Part shown: piece after piece, positions 19,888 to 27,697 of the stretch
Position numbering within the stretch: the stretch's first letter is position 1
Layout of the letters: the number at the start of each line of letters is the position of its first letter
Notes under the pieces: generated by a model
What the model saw: the letters and a program-made list of their open reading frames with translations, nothing else
Database searches by the model: none
What the model was told of the DNA's origin: nothing
DNA from: Candidatus Latescibacterota bacterium
GTDB lineage: Bacteria > Latescibacterota > UBA2968 > UBA8231
NCBI GenBank assembly: GCA_965203355.1
Contig: OZ241889.1
Span: 1,344,001 to 1,408,000, forward strand
Direction: 5' to 3'
DNA length: 64,000 nt
Position numbers and translations under genes: made by a program

Positions 19888-19971
19888 AGCGGTCCGTTGG
19901 CATTTCATAGAGCGGAGCTGACAACAGCCGAGCCCGTCCGCTGATACTCACCGGGCAAAAGGAAGGTTAGG

Positions 19972-21093
19972 GTGATGAAAATACGCGATATTGATACCAT
20001 TTTAATCGACTCGCCGGGCCGCAAATGGACGATTGTGCGGGTCTTTACGGACGAGGGTCTGGTGGGTTTGGGCGAGGCCACGTATTCCCAAAAGGAGCCG
20101 GTGGTCGTCGCGGCCGTCGAGCATCTCAAACAGGAGCTGATCGGCGAAGACCCGGCGCGCATCGAGTACTTGTGGCACAAGCTCTATCTGCGCTCTTCGC
20201 CGAGCGGCATCTGGCGCATGGCAGGTCCGGTGTGGATGAGCGCCATGAGCGGCATTGACCAAGCGCTGTGGGACATCAAGGGCAAGGTGGCCAACCTGCC
20301 GGTGGTCGAACTGTTGGGCGGCAAGTTCCGCGACCGGGTCGAAGTCTATACGCACTTTGGCGGTGCCACGCCCGAGGATTCGGCGAACATGGCGCGTGAA
20401 AAGGTCGCAGAGGGGTACACCGCGCTCAAGGGCGGGGCGCGGGCGCGGAGTGGAGCCGAATTTGGCCAATACGCGGACGACGGCCATCCGACCGAGACGG
20501 CCGCGCACTTTGCCGCCGTGCGGGAAGCAGTGGGGCCGGATGTCAAGCTGTTGATCGATTGCCACGGTCGCTTCACAGTGGCCCGGTGCATCCGCTTGGC
20601 CCGCGCCATAGAGCCGTACGATCTCTACGTATTTGAAGATCCGGTGCCGCCGGAAGACCTGAACGCCTATCCCAAAGTGCGGCGGGAAATCGCCATTCCG
20701 GTCATGGGCAGCGAGCGGCTCAACACCAAGAGCCACTACCGCCAATTGTTGGAACTAGACGGCATTGACGTGGCGCAACCGGACCTGATGTACGCTGGCG
20801 GGATCACTGAAGTCCGCAAAATCGCGGCCATTGCCGACACCTTTCACGTCCCCATCTCGCCACACAACACCAAAGGCCCGGTCGGCATCATCGCGGCCGC
20901 GCATCTGATGGCCTCCATACCGAATGTGGCCCCCATGGAATTCGTCACTGGCATTGCGTGGCGGGACGAGATCATCACCGAGCCGCTGCGAGTGGAGGAT
21001 AGTTGCATCGCGTTGCCAGAAGGCCCGGGTTTTGGAATTGAACTGGACATGGATGGGGTGGAAAAGCACCGCTGGCGGGCGCGGGTCGGCTGA
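19972..21093 (+). CDS. Mandelate racemase/enolase superfamily, galactonate dehydratase-like
   Basis: TDEGLVGLGE, SGIDQALWDIKGK, IDCHGR, FEDP, GSERL, QPD, SPHN. Confidence 0.9.
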   Translation: MMKIRDIDTILIDSPGRKWTIVRVFTDEGLVGLGEATYSQKEPVVVAAVEHLKQELIGEDPARIEYLWHKLYLRSSPSGIWRMAGPVWMSAMSGIDQALWDIKGKVANLPVVELLGGKFRDRVEVYTHFGGATPEDSANMAREKVAEGYTALKGGARARSGAEFGQYADDGHPTETAAHFAAVREAVGPDVKLLIDCHGRFTVARCIRLARAIEPYDLYVFEDPVPPEDLNAYPKVRREIAIPVMGSERLNTKSHYRQLLELDGIDVAQPDLMYAGGITEVRKIAAIADTFHVPISPHNTKGPVGIIAAAHLMASIPNVAPMEFVTGIAWRDEIITEPLRVEDSCIALPEGPGFGIELDMDGVEKHRWRARVG

Positions 21094-21167
21094 CTGTATG
21101 TGTGTAGATGCCGAGGGCGAGCAAATGACGAGTACCAAACTCGTCGTCGGCGCGGACTAGCGACCCG

Positions 21168-21345
21168 TTCCATGCCGACGAGGAAATCCGCGTCGTTCCC
21201 TTTCCGTGCGCCCATAGTATTTTTCGTCGATGCCCGAATCGCCCATCTTGGCGACCTGTTTTTCAACGGCCTTTTCCCTTTTGTCGATCTAGAGTACGGT
21301 GGCGATGTCGAAACCCTGATGCAACACATCGCCACGCTCGACGGT
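21168..21345 (+). pseudogene. Fragment of an MBL-fold metallo-hydrolase
   Basis: FHADEEIRVVPFPCAH, then a frameshift into IVFFVDARIAHLGDLFFNGLFPFVDLEYGG; the expected HTxGD segment is truncated. Confidence 0.7.
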
Positions 21346-21549
21346 ATCATCGCACGCATGTTGGTGGAAACTACGGCTAGCGTACGCACGCGCTGGAGCG
21401 CGGCCCGATCTGAACCGAGGGACTCGACTCGCAATGGGCGTCGTGGGCGTGGTCTTTCATGCCAGCGTAGTGCTGGATCGAAACGGTCTATTGGAGCTTG
21501 GGGCGAATGCTGGGGAGTGCTCGGGTCGGGCACGATTGGCTGAGAGTAT

Positions 21550-21578
21550 TTGACACGGTCCGTTGCTATTCATAGACT
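21550..21578 (+). promoter_or_regulatory. Sigma70-type promoter
   Basis: TTGACA-N17-TAGACT. Confidence 0.7.
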
Positions 21579-21657
21579 AATTTTTGCAAAACCTATAGAA
21601 AGATCAAAGCATTTTTTTAGACAAAGGAAGAAAAAAGAAAGGATAGAGCACTATATT

Positions 21658-22659
21658 ATGACAACACTCGTTGCTTTCTCGACTAAAGATGCCGTTGTGA
21701 TGGGATGCGACAGCCTTGGCACTGTCAGTCGTACTATGGTTGATCCTTATGAGTTACTCCAATATTTTAATCTTGATAAGGAAGGCGAACTCAAAACAGA
21801 CGAAAATGGAAAACCGCTGCTATCGAATTTTTGGAAACATATTTATTCGCATTCTAAAAATATACCTTACAGTCACATGACGCATGTAGACAAGCTATTT
21901 AAGCTACATAAAAATATCGGTATTATGACTTCTGGCATTATATCTATTGGTGATGCAACCCTGAAGAGTATTATTCAAAACTTAGCTCTAAAACTTACTG
22001 TTGATGATTCCTATACAATTCGTTGTATTGCTCAACAGTTGGTCGATGAAGTTCAGATATACTATAAAGGAGAATATCCAGACGACGTATCCCAACCAGA
22101 AATTGAGTTTCTCATTGGAGGTTGGGAACCCAAGGACAGGCACCCTAAAATCTACCGTGTGAATTTTCCTTCTGGTGGTATCGACCTTGCATTGAATGGT
22201 AGTTATGGCATAGCATTTGGTGGACAATTTATAGAAATTGCCCGTCTTGTTCATGGAACTGATCCCTTCAATATACGTTTGATAGAAGAAAGGTACAAGT
22301 TTCTTCTGGGTCGGTTTGTGAACGAAGTGCAGAAGGCAAACCAAGATATAATTTTGCCAGATTTAGATAATTTTTTCGAGAAGTTCCATATATTCGGCTT
22401 AGAAAACCCCGATGATCCTAGCAATGAACAATCTTGGAGACTCGAAGGATTTAATGCTGATGTCGGAGATTTTTCCGCGCAAAACGCTATAAATTGCGTA
22501 TATTGGCTTGTCGAACTCATGGTCAGAGTTCAAGAATTTGGCGACTCAATGCCTACGGTTGGTGGCGATATACATGTGGCAATCATTGACCGAAAGGATG
22601 GATTTAAATTTCTTTCTGAAGAAGCCTATAAGCTCCAAGGCCACATTACCCCCAGATGA
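21658..22659 (+). CDS. Proteasome-beta/HslV-like Ntn hydrolase
   Basis: M-TTLVAFSTKDAVVMGCDS (Thr1, Asp17-like), DKLFKL, IGIMTSG, FLIGG, TVGGDIHVAII; AT-rich relative to flanks. Confidence 0.8.
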   Translation: MTTLVAFSTKDAVVMGCDSLGTVSRTMVDPYELLQYFNLDKEGELKTDENGKPLLSNFWKHIYSHSKNIPYSHMTHVDKLFKLHKNIGIMTSGIISIGDATLKSIIQNLALKLTVDDSYTIRCIAQQLVDEVQIYYKGEYPDDVSQPEIEFLIGGWEPKDRHPKIYRVNFPSGGIDLALNGSYGIAFGGQFIEIARLVHGTDPFNIRLIEERYKFLLGRFVNEVQKANQDIILPDLDNFFEKFHIFGLENPDDPSNEQSWRLEGFNADVGDFSAQNAINCVYWLVELMVRVQEFGDSMPTVGGDIHVAIIDRKDGFKFLSEEAYKLQGHITPR

Positions 22660-22673
22660 CCAAGGAGGAATTT

Positions 22674-22877
22674 ATGAGACAGAATATTTATCCTAAAGTC
22701 TCCGAAATGGATAAGCTGAAAACTTTTCTAGAACGCTCGTCCATTGATTTAGGTTCGCGGTCCTATTCCAAGAGAACCCGAAACCCCGAACCAACAGAAG
22801 AGGAAAAGAGGCTGTTTATCAAGCAATACGAACAATACGAACAATACGAAGCGAAACGTAGTCGCCAGCGCACCTAG
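22674..22877 (+). CDS. Small charged hypothetical protein (67 aa)
   Basis: AGGAGG RBS 5 nt before ATG 22674; alternative start 22656 overlaps the upstream stop; (CAATACGAA)x3 at 22824-22850. Confidence 0.65.
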   Translation: MRQNIYPKVSEMDKLKTFLERSSIDLGSRSYSKRTRNPEPTEEEKRLFIKQYEQYEQYEAKRSRQRT

Positions 22878-22951
22878 TACGTCCCTCGCCGAGGGTTTCC
22901 TCCAGAAAAATCCAGCTATCCGGCCTCTTTAGCCGACCTCTTTTGCCGCTC

Positions 22952-22980
22952 TTGACAGCGGGAATGGAGCAGTCCATAAT
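22952..22980 (+). promoter_or_regulatory. Sigma70-type promoter of the Mo-hydroxylase operon
   Basis: TTGACA-N17-CATAAT. Confidence 0.7.
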
Positions 22981-23026
22981 TAGGCGCGAACTCAGCGATC
23001 CTACTTACAAGCGAGGAGGTTTTTCC

Positions 23027-23935
23027 TTGAAAGATTTTGCATATTGCGCTCCCAACACGTTGCGCGAGGCCGTGGCCCTCAAGGCCGAGAAAGGCGCGGC
23101 CGCCCGCGTCCTTGCGGGCGGCACCGATTTGATCGTTCAGTTGCGCGGGAAGCGATTTACGCCCGACTGCATCATCGACATCAAGAACGTCCCCGAGGCC
23201 AACGAGCTTTCCTATGGCCCTCGCCGGGGGTTGGTCATTGGCGCGGCCGTGTCCTGCTGGCGCATCTACAACGTCCCCGAAATCGTCGAGCGATACCCTG
23301 GGCTCGTGGATTCGGCTGCCATTATCGGCGGCATCCAAATACAGGGCCGCGCTACTTTTGGCGGCAATTTGTGCAATGCCTCTCCCAGCGCGGACACCAT
23401 CCCCAGCTTAATTACCCATTCGGCCGTGTGCCACATCGCCGGGCCGGCCGGCAAGCGCCAAGTCGCGGTCGCGGATTTTTGCACCGCTCCGGGCCGCAGT
23501 GTGCTCGCGCCCGGCGAGCTCTTGGTTGCTCTCCAGATCCCGATTGCCAAAAAGAACACGGGTTCGCACTACCAGCGTTTCATTCCGCGCAACGAAATGG
23601 ACATCGCCGTCGTCGGGGTGTCTTCCCATGTCACCTTGGCCAATCGCGGCCGGGAGTTTAAGGCTGTACGCATTGCGCTCGGCGCCGTTGGGCCGACGCC
23701 GATTTTCGCCCGCGACGCCGGCGACAGCCTCGCCGGCCAAGCCGTTTCAGACGAGGCCATTGCTGCGGCCGCGGCCGCAGCCCAGCGCGTGGCCAGTCCG
23801 ATTTCCGATATGCGCGGCCCGGCCGAGTTCCGCACCCACCTCGTCGAGGTGCTGGTCAAGCGCACGCTCGCGGGTGCTGTGGACCGGGCACGCGGCCGGT
23901 TCGTCGCCAACGCCGTGCAAGAAGCGGCTGGCTAA
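23027..23935 (+). CDS. Xanthine dehydrogenase/CoxM-family FAD-binding subunit
   Basis: TTG start after GAGGAGG; LAGGTDL, ATFGGNLCNASPSAD, PISDMRG. Confidence 0.92.
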   Translation: MKDFAYCAPNTLREAVALKAEKGAAARVLAGGTDLIVQLRGKRFTPDCIIDIKNVPEANELSYGPRRGLVIGAAVSCWRIYNVPEIVERYPGLVDSAAIIGGIQIQGRATFGGNLCNASPSADTIPSLITHSAVCHIAGPAGKRQVAVADFCTAPGRSVLAPGELLVALQIPIAKKNTGSHYQRFIPRNEMDIAVVGVSSHVTLANRGREFKAVRIALGAVGPTPIFARDAGDSLAGQAVSDEAIAAAAAAAQRVASPISDMRGPAEFRTHLVEVLVKRTLAGAVDRARGRFVANAVQEAAG

Positions 23936-24021
23936 ATCGTACGAAGGGAACCGGCCAGGCGGTCGGCGATAGAAGATTCTCACTCGCCGCGACAAGCGGC
24001 CCAAATTCGGAGTTAAGGTAC

Positions 24022-24501
24022 ATGAGCAAAACACACGTCCAAACCACGATCAATGGGGAGCCGACCGAGTTTCTCTGCGAGGCGCGCCAAAGCCTGCTCG
24101 AAGTATTGCGCGAGACGCTCGGCTTCACCGGCACCAAGGAAGGCTGCAACGACGGCAACTGTGGCGCGTGCTCGGTCGTCGTCGACGGCGTCCTCGTTGA
24201 TTCTTGTCTGATGCTGGCGGTCGAGGCCGAGAGCAAGGAGATCGGCACGGTCGAGGGCCTGGCCAGCCCGGAGAGCCTGCATCCGGTGCAGCAGAAGTTC
24301 CTCGAACACGCCGCGCTGCAATGCGGCATTTGCACCCCAGGCTTTTTGGTCGCGGCCAAAGCCCTGATCGACCACAACCCCAACCCTTCCGAGCACGACG
24401 TGCGGCACTGGCTGGCCGGCAACTTGTGCCGCTGCACGGGCTACGACAAGATCGTCCGCGCCGTCCTCGACGCGGCTGAGGAAGTGCGCCAAAGTGCCTG
24501 A
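24022..24501 (+). CDS. CoxS-family (2Fe-2S) subunit
   Basis: GTKEGCNDGNCGAC, QCGICTPG, GNLCRCTGY. Confidence 0.95.
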   Translation: MSKTHVQTTINGEPTEFLCEARQSLLEVLRETLGFTGTKEGCNDGNCGACSVVVDGVLVDSCLMLAVEAESKEIGTVEGLASPESLHPVQQKFLEHAALQCGICTPGFLVAAKALIDHNPNPSEHDVRHWLAGNLCRCTGYDKIVRAVLDAAEEVRQSA

Positions 24502-24515
24502 ACTGGACGAGTGCT

Positions 24516-24719
24516 ATGGAATGGATGATAGCATGTACCGTCGGAGTCGGCTTCCTCCTGTATTTCCTGCCAACTCTTCTCGTGATGAGAGACCCAGAAA
24601 AAAGCCGCGCCTCGATCTTTGTAGTGAACCTATTCCTCGGCTGGACGCTCGTAGGATGGGTTGTGGCCTTGGCGTGGGCCGTCAAGCGGGAGCCGCCCAA
24701 CAACCTCAAACAGGTGTAA
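24516..24719 (+). CDS. Superinfection immunity protein (T4 Imm-like)
   Basis: LYFLPT...IFVVNLFLGWTLVGWVVALAWA signature. Confidence 0.85.
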   Translation: MEWMIACTVGVGFLLYFLPTLLVMRDPEKSRASIFVVNLFLGWTLVGWVVALAWAVKREPPNNLKQV

Positions 24720-24737
24720 CCAACGAGGAGGAACGCG

Positions 24738-26996
24738 ATGTCTGCCACAAACGGCGGCTACAAAGTCATCGGCACTCGTCCCATCCGCCACGACGGCGTT
24801 GACAAGGTCACGGGGCGCGCCATTTACGGTGCCGACACCCGATTGGCCGGCTTGCTTTACGGACAGGTTCTGCGCTCGCCTCACGCCCATGCGTGCATCA
24901 AATCCATAGACACGTCTAAAGCCGCGGCCCTGTCTGGGGTCAAGGCCGTTCTCACGGGCCCTGATCTGCCCGATGCCGGCGACCAAATGGTCGATCTCGG
25001 CGAAGGACCCGCCCGGCTCAAATATCTGCGCGACAACGTGCTGGCCACGGATAAGGCTCTGTACAGCGGGCATCCGGTCGCGGCGGTCGCCGCTACCAGC
25101 GTTCACATTGCCGAAGAGGCGCTCGACCTGATCGAGGTCGAGTACGAAGTCCTAGAGGCCGTGCTCGATGTGCGCGAAGCCATGCAGGAGGGTGCGCCCC
25201 AACTCCACGACGACATGACCACTCAAGAGTTTGGGGAAGACACCGGTCGCAAGAGCAACCTCGCCACCCACTTTGAGCACCGGCTCGGCGACCCGGAAAG
25301 GGCCTTTGCCGAGGCCGACGTGGTCGTGGAGCGCGAGTTTCAGACCGCCACCGTGCATCAAGGGTACATCGAACCACACAACGCCACCGCGAGTTGGAAC
25401 GCCGATGGCCAGCTGACGATCTGGACCAGCACTCAAGGTTCGTTCACGGCGCGCGCCCAAGTCGGCGCGGTCTTGGACCTGCCCATTTCCAAGATCAAGG
25501 TCGTGCCGCAGGAGATTGGCGGCGGCTTTGGCGGCAAAATTCCGATTTACTTGGAGCCGGTTGCCGCCCTGCTCTCCAAGGCGAGCGGCCAACCTGTCAA
25601 GATGGTAATGCCCCGGCCAGCCGTCTTTGAGAGCACCGGCCCGACGCCTGGGTCGTATATCAAGATCAAGATGGGTGCTGACAACAGCGGCAAGATCGTG
25701 GCCGCCGCCGCCTATATCGCCTTTGAGTCCGGGGCGTATCCCGGCGGTTTGGTCGGCGCAGCCGCCATGTGCGTGTTCTCGTGCTACGACATACCCAATG
25801 GCCGGATTGACTGCTATGACGTTGTGGTCAACAAGCCGCGCAGTTTTGCGTATCGCGCCCCAGGTTCGACGCAGGTGGCCTTTGCCACCGAGCACGTGGT
25901 CGATCTGCTCGCGGCCGAGTTGGGCATAGAGCCGCTAGCGATCCGGATCAAAAACGCCGCGACGACCGGCACCCGCCGCATCGACGGGGTGGTGTACCCG
26001 AAGATGGGTTGCAAGGAGGTGTTGGAAGCGATCCGCGACTCAGAGCACTATCAGAGTCCAGCACCCGCTGGTCCCAATGGCGGGCGCGGTATCTCGGTTG
26101 GTTATTGGTTCAACGTCGGGCTCAAGTCCTCCTGCACGGCCAGTGTCAACTCGGACGGCACGGTTAGCTTAGTCGAGGGGTCGACCGACATCGGTGGTAC
26201 GCGCACATCGGTCGCCATGCAGTTTGCCGAGACCTTGGGCCTGCGGGCCGAAGACGTCAAGCCGCAGGTAGCCGACACCGACTCGATTGGCCACACGGAC
26301 GTAACCGGCGGTAGCCGCGTGACGTACGCCACTGGCTGGGCCGCGTACAAAGCCGCCCTCGACGTGCGAGACCAACTCTGCGAGCGCGCCGCCCAACTGT
26401 GGGAAGTCGAAGTAAGCCAAGTCGAGTTTGACGATGGCGTCTTCCGTTCTGGCGATAACGCCCTGGGCTTTAAGGAACTAGCTGGCCGACTCGAAGAGAC
26501 CGGCGGCCCGGTTATTGGCCGCGCCACTGTGAACCCAGACTCGGGTGTCGGCGGCTCCTTTGCAGCCAATATCGCCGATGTCGAGGTCGATCCCGAGACC
26601 GGCAAGGTGGATGTTTTGCGCTTTACGGTCGTCCAAGACGCTGGCCGGGCGATTCACCCGGCGTACGTCGAGGGCCAGATGCAGGGCGGCTCGGTGCAGG
26701 GCATTGGTTGGGCACTCAACGAAGAGTACTTCTACAGTGGAGACGGCCACCTCAATAACGCCAGTTTTCTCGACTACCGGATTCCGACCAGCCTCGATCT
26801 GCCGATGATTGAGACCATCATCGTCGAGGTCCCCAACCCGGGCCATCCTTACGGTGTGCGCGGCGTTGGCGAGGCCAACATCGCCCCGCCGCCCGCCGCC
26901 ATGGCCGCGGCCATTGAGGATGCCGTTGGCGTGCGGCCGCAGGAATTGCCCATGAAGCCCGACCGCATTGTCGCCGCGTTGGCCGGGAGTCGCTAA
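24738..26996 (+). CDS. Xanthine dehydrogenase-family molybdopterin-binding large subunit
   Basis: DKVTGRA.Y, GGGFGGK, AYRAPG, VEGQMQGG, RGVGE. Confidence 0.95.
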   Translation: MSATNGGYKVIGTRPIRHDGVDKVTGRAIYGADTRLAGLLYGQVLRSPHAHACIKSIDTSKAAALSGVKAVLTGPDLPDAGDQMVDLGEGPARLKYLRDNVLATDKALYSGHPVAAVAATSVHIAEEALDLIEVEYEVLEAVLDVREAMQEGAPQLHDDMTTQEFGEDTGRKSNLATHFEHRLGDPERAFAEADVVVEREFQTATVHQGYIEPHNATASWNADGQLTIWTSTQGSFTARAQVGAVLDLPISKIKVVPQEIGGGFGGKIPIYLEPVAALLSKASGQPVKMVMPRPAVFESTGPTPGSYIKIKMGADNSGKIVAAAAYIAFESGAYPGGLVGAAAMCVFSCYDIPNGRIDCYDVVVNKPRSFAYRAPGSTQVAFATEHVVDLLAAELGIEPLAIRIKNAATTGTRRIDGVVYPKMGCKEVLEAIRDSEHYQSPAPAGPNGGRGISVGYWFNVGLKSSCTASVNSDGTVSLVEGSTDIGGTRTSVAMQFAETLGLRAEDVKPQVADTDSIGHTDVTGGSRVTYATGWAAYKAALDVRDQLCERAAQLWEVEVSQVEFDDGVFRSGDNALGFKELAGRLEETGGPVIGRATVNPDSGVGGSFAANIADVEVDPETGKVDVLRFTVVQDAGRAIHPAYVEGQMQGGSVQGIGWALNEEYFYSGDGHLNNASFLDYRIPTSLDLPMIETIIVEVPNPGHPYGVRGVGEANIAPPPAAMAAAIEDAVGVRPQELPMKPDRIVAALAGSR

Positions 26997-27001
26997 AAGC
27001 C

Positions 27002-27271
27002 GTGCCCGTAGCTTGGATTCCCTCGCTGATGCAGAAGCTGACTGCTGGCCAGCAGCAAGTAGAAGTAGAGGGCGCGACCGTGCGCGAGGTCGTTGCCGCA
27101 CTCGACGCCCGCTACCCTGGCTTCAAGGAACGGGTTCTCGACGGCGACCGCATCAAGACCGAGATCGCCGTCGCGGTAGATGGCGAAGTGGTCGCCGCCG
27201 GGCTTAGGGCTAAGGTGGGGCCGCAAAGCGAGGTCCACTTTCTGCCCGCCATATCGGGGGGTGCGGGTTAG
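27002..27271 (+). CDS. MoaD/ThiS-family sulfur carrier
   Basis: VEGATVREV...EVHFLPAISGG followed by AG. Confidence 0.88.
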   Translation: MPVAWIPSLMQKLTAGQQQVEVEGATVREVVAALDARYPGFKERVLDGDRIKTEIAVAVDGEVVAAGLRAKVGPQSEVHFLPAISGGAG

Positions 27272-27499
27272 TCAGCCGTCCGAATGCAGCGCAAAGGGGC
27301 TGGTATTCCTCTTTTTCTACCCACTTTTGGACAGTTTTAGATAGTGATACGTTTTGAAATTTAGCTTTACTCCCGTTGCACGGGTTGCTCTCGCTCGGCC
27401 TGAACCCCGGCGACCCAAGCCCGACCGAAAACGCATCACGACCGAATGATTTGGTCTAATCCCGCTTTGGCGGTGCAGGGTAGTTGCCGACCTTGACAT

Positions 27500-27605
27500 C
27501 CCAGAACATCAGAGTCCCATTTCCGTAACTTGCGGTGCCGTGGGTGCTACTTGAGCGACAGCATCTTCTGGACGGCGAGGAAGTCGCCGCCCGCCTGCAA
27601 GCGGT
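27500..27605 (-). pseudogene. Orphan copy of the 3' end and half terminator of a FlgD/T9SS-CTD surface-protein gene
   Basis: Encodes RLQAGGDFLAVQKMLSLK*; closely resembles 27651-27756 and 50220-50314. Confidence 0.8.
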
Positions 27606-27640
27606 CCGTAGGCTGTCGATCGGACGTTCATAAGGAAAAG

Positions 27641-27674
27641 AAAATGGGACCCCAGAACATCGGGGTCCCATTTT
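27641..27674. terminator. Rho-independent terminator (likely bidirectional)
   Basis: AAAATGGGACCCC...GGGGTCCCATTTT. Confidence 0.8.
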
Positions 27675-27697
27675 CGTGCTTCGCGGTGTCGTATGTG

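Noticed and set aside
22657-22677. Selenocysteine readthrough of other TGA stops (e.g. the Ntn hydrolase, 19887, 24501)
   Set aside because: They fall at natural C-termini or are soon followed by another stop, with no Cys-motif context.
23027-26996. Aerobic CO dehydrogenase (coxMSL form I)
   Set aside because: The active-site loop is AYRAPG, not AYRCSFR; the substrate is unknown.
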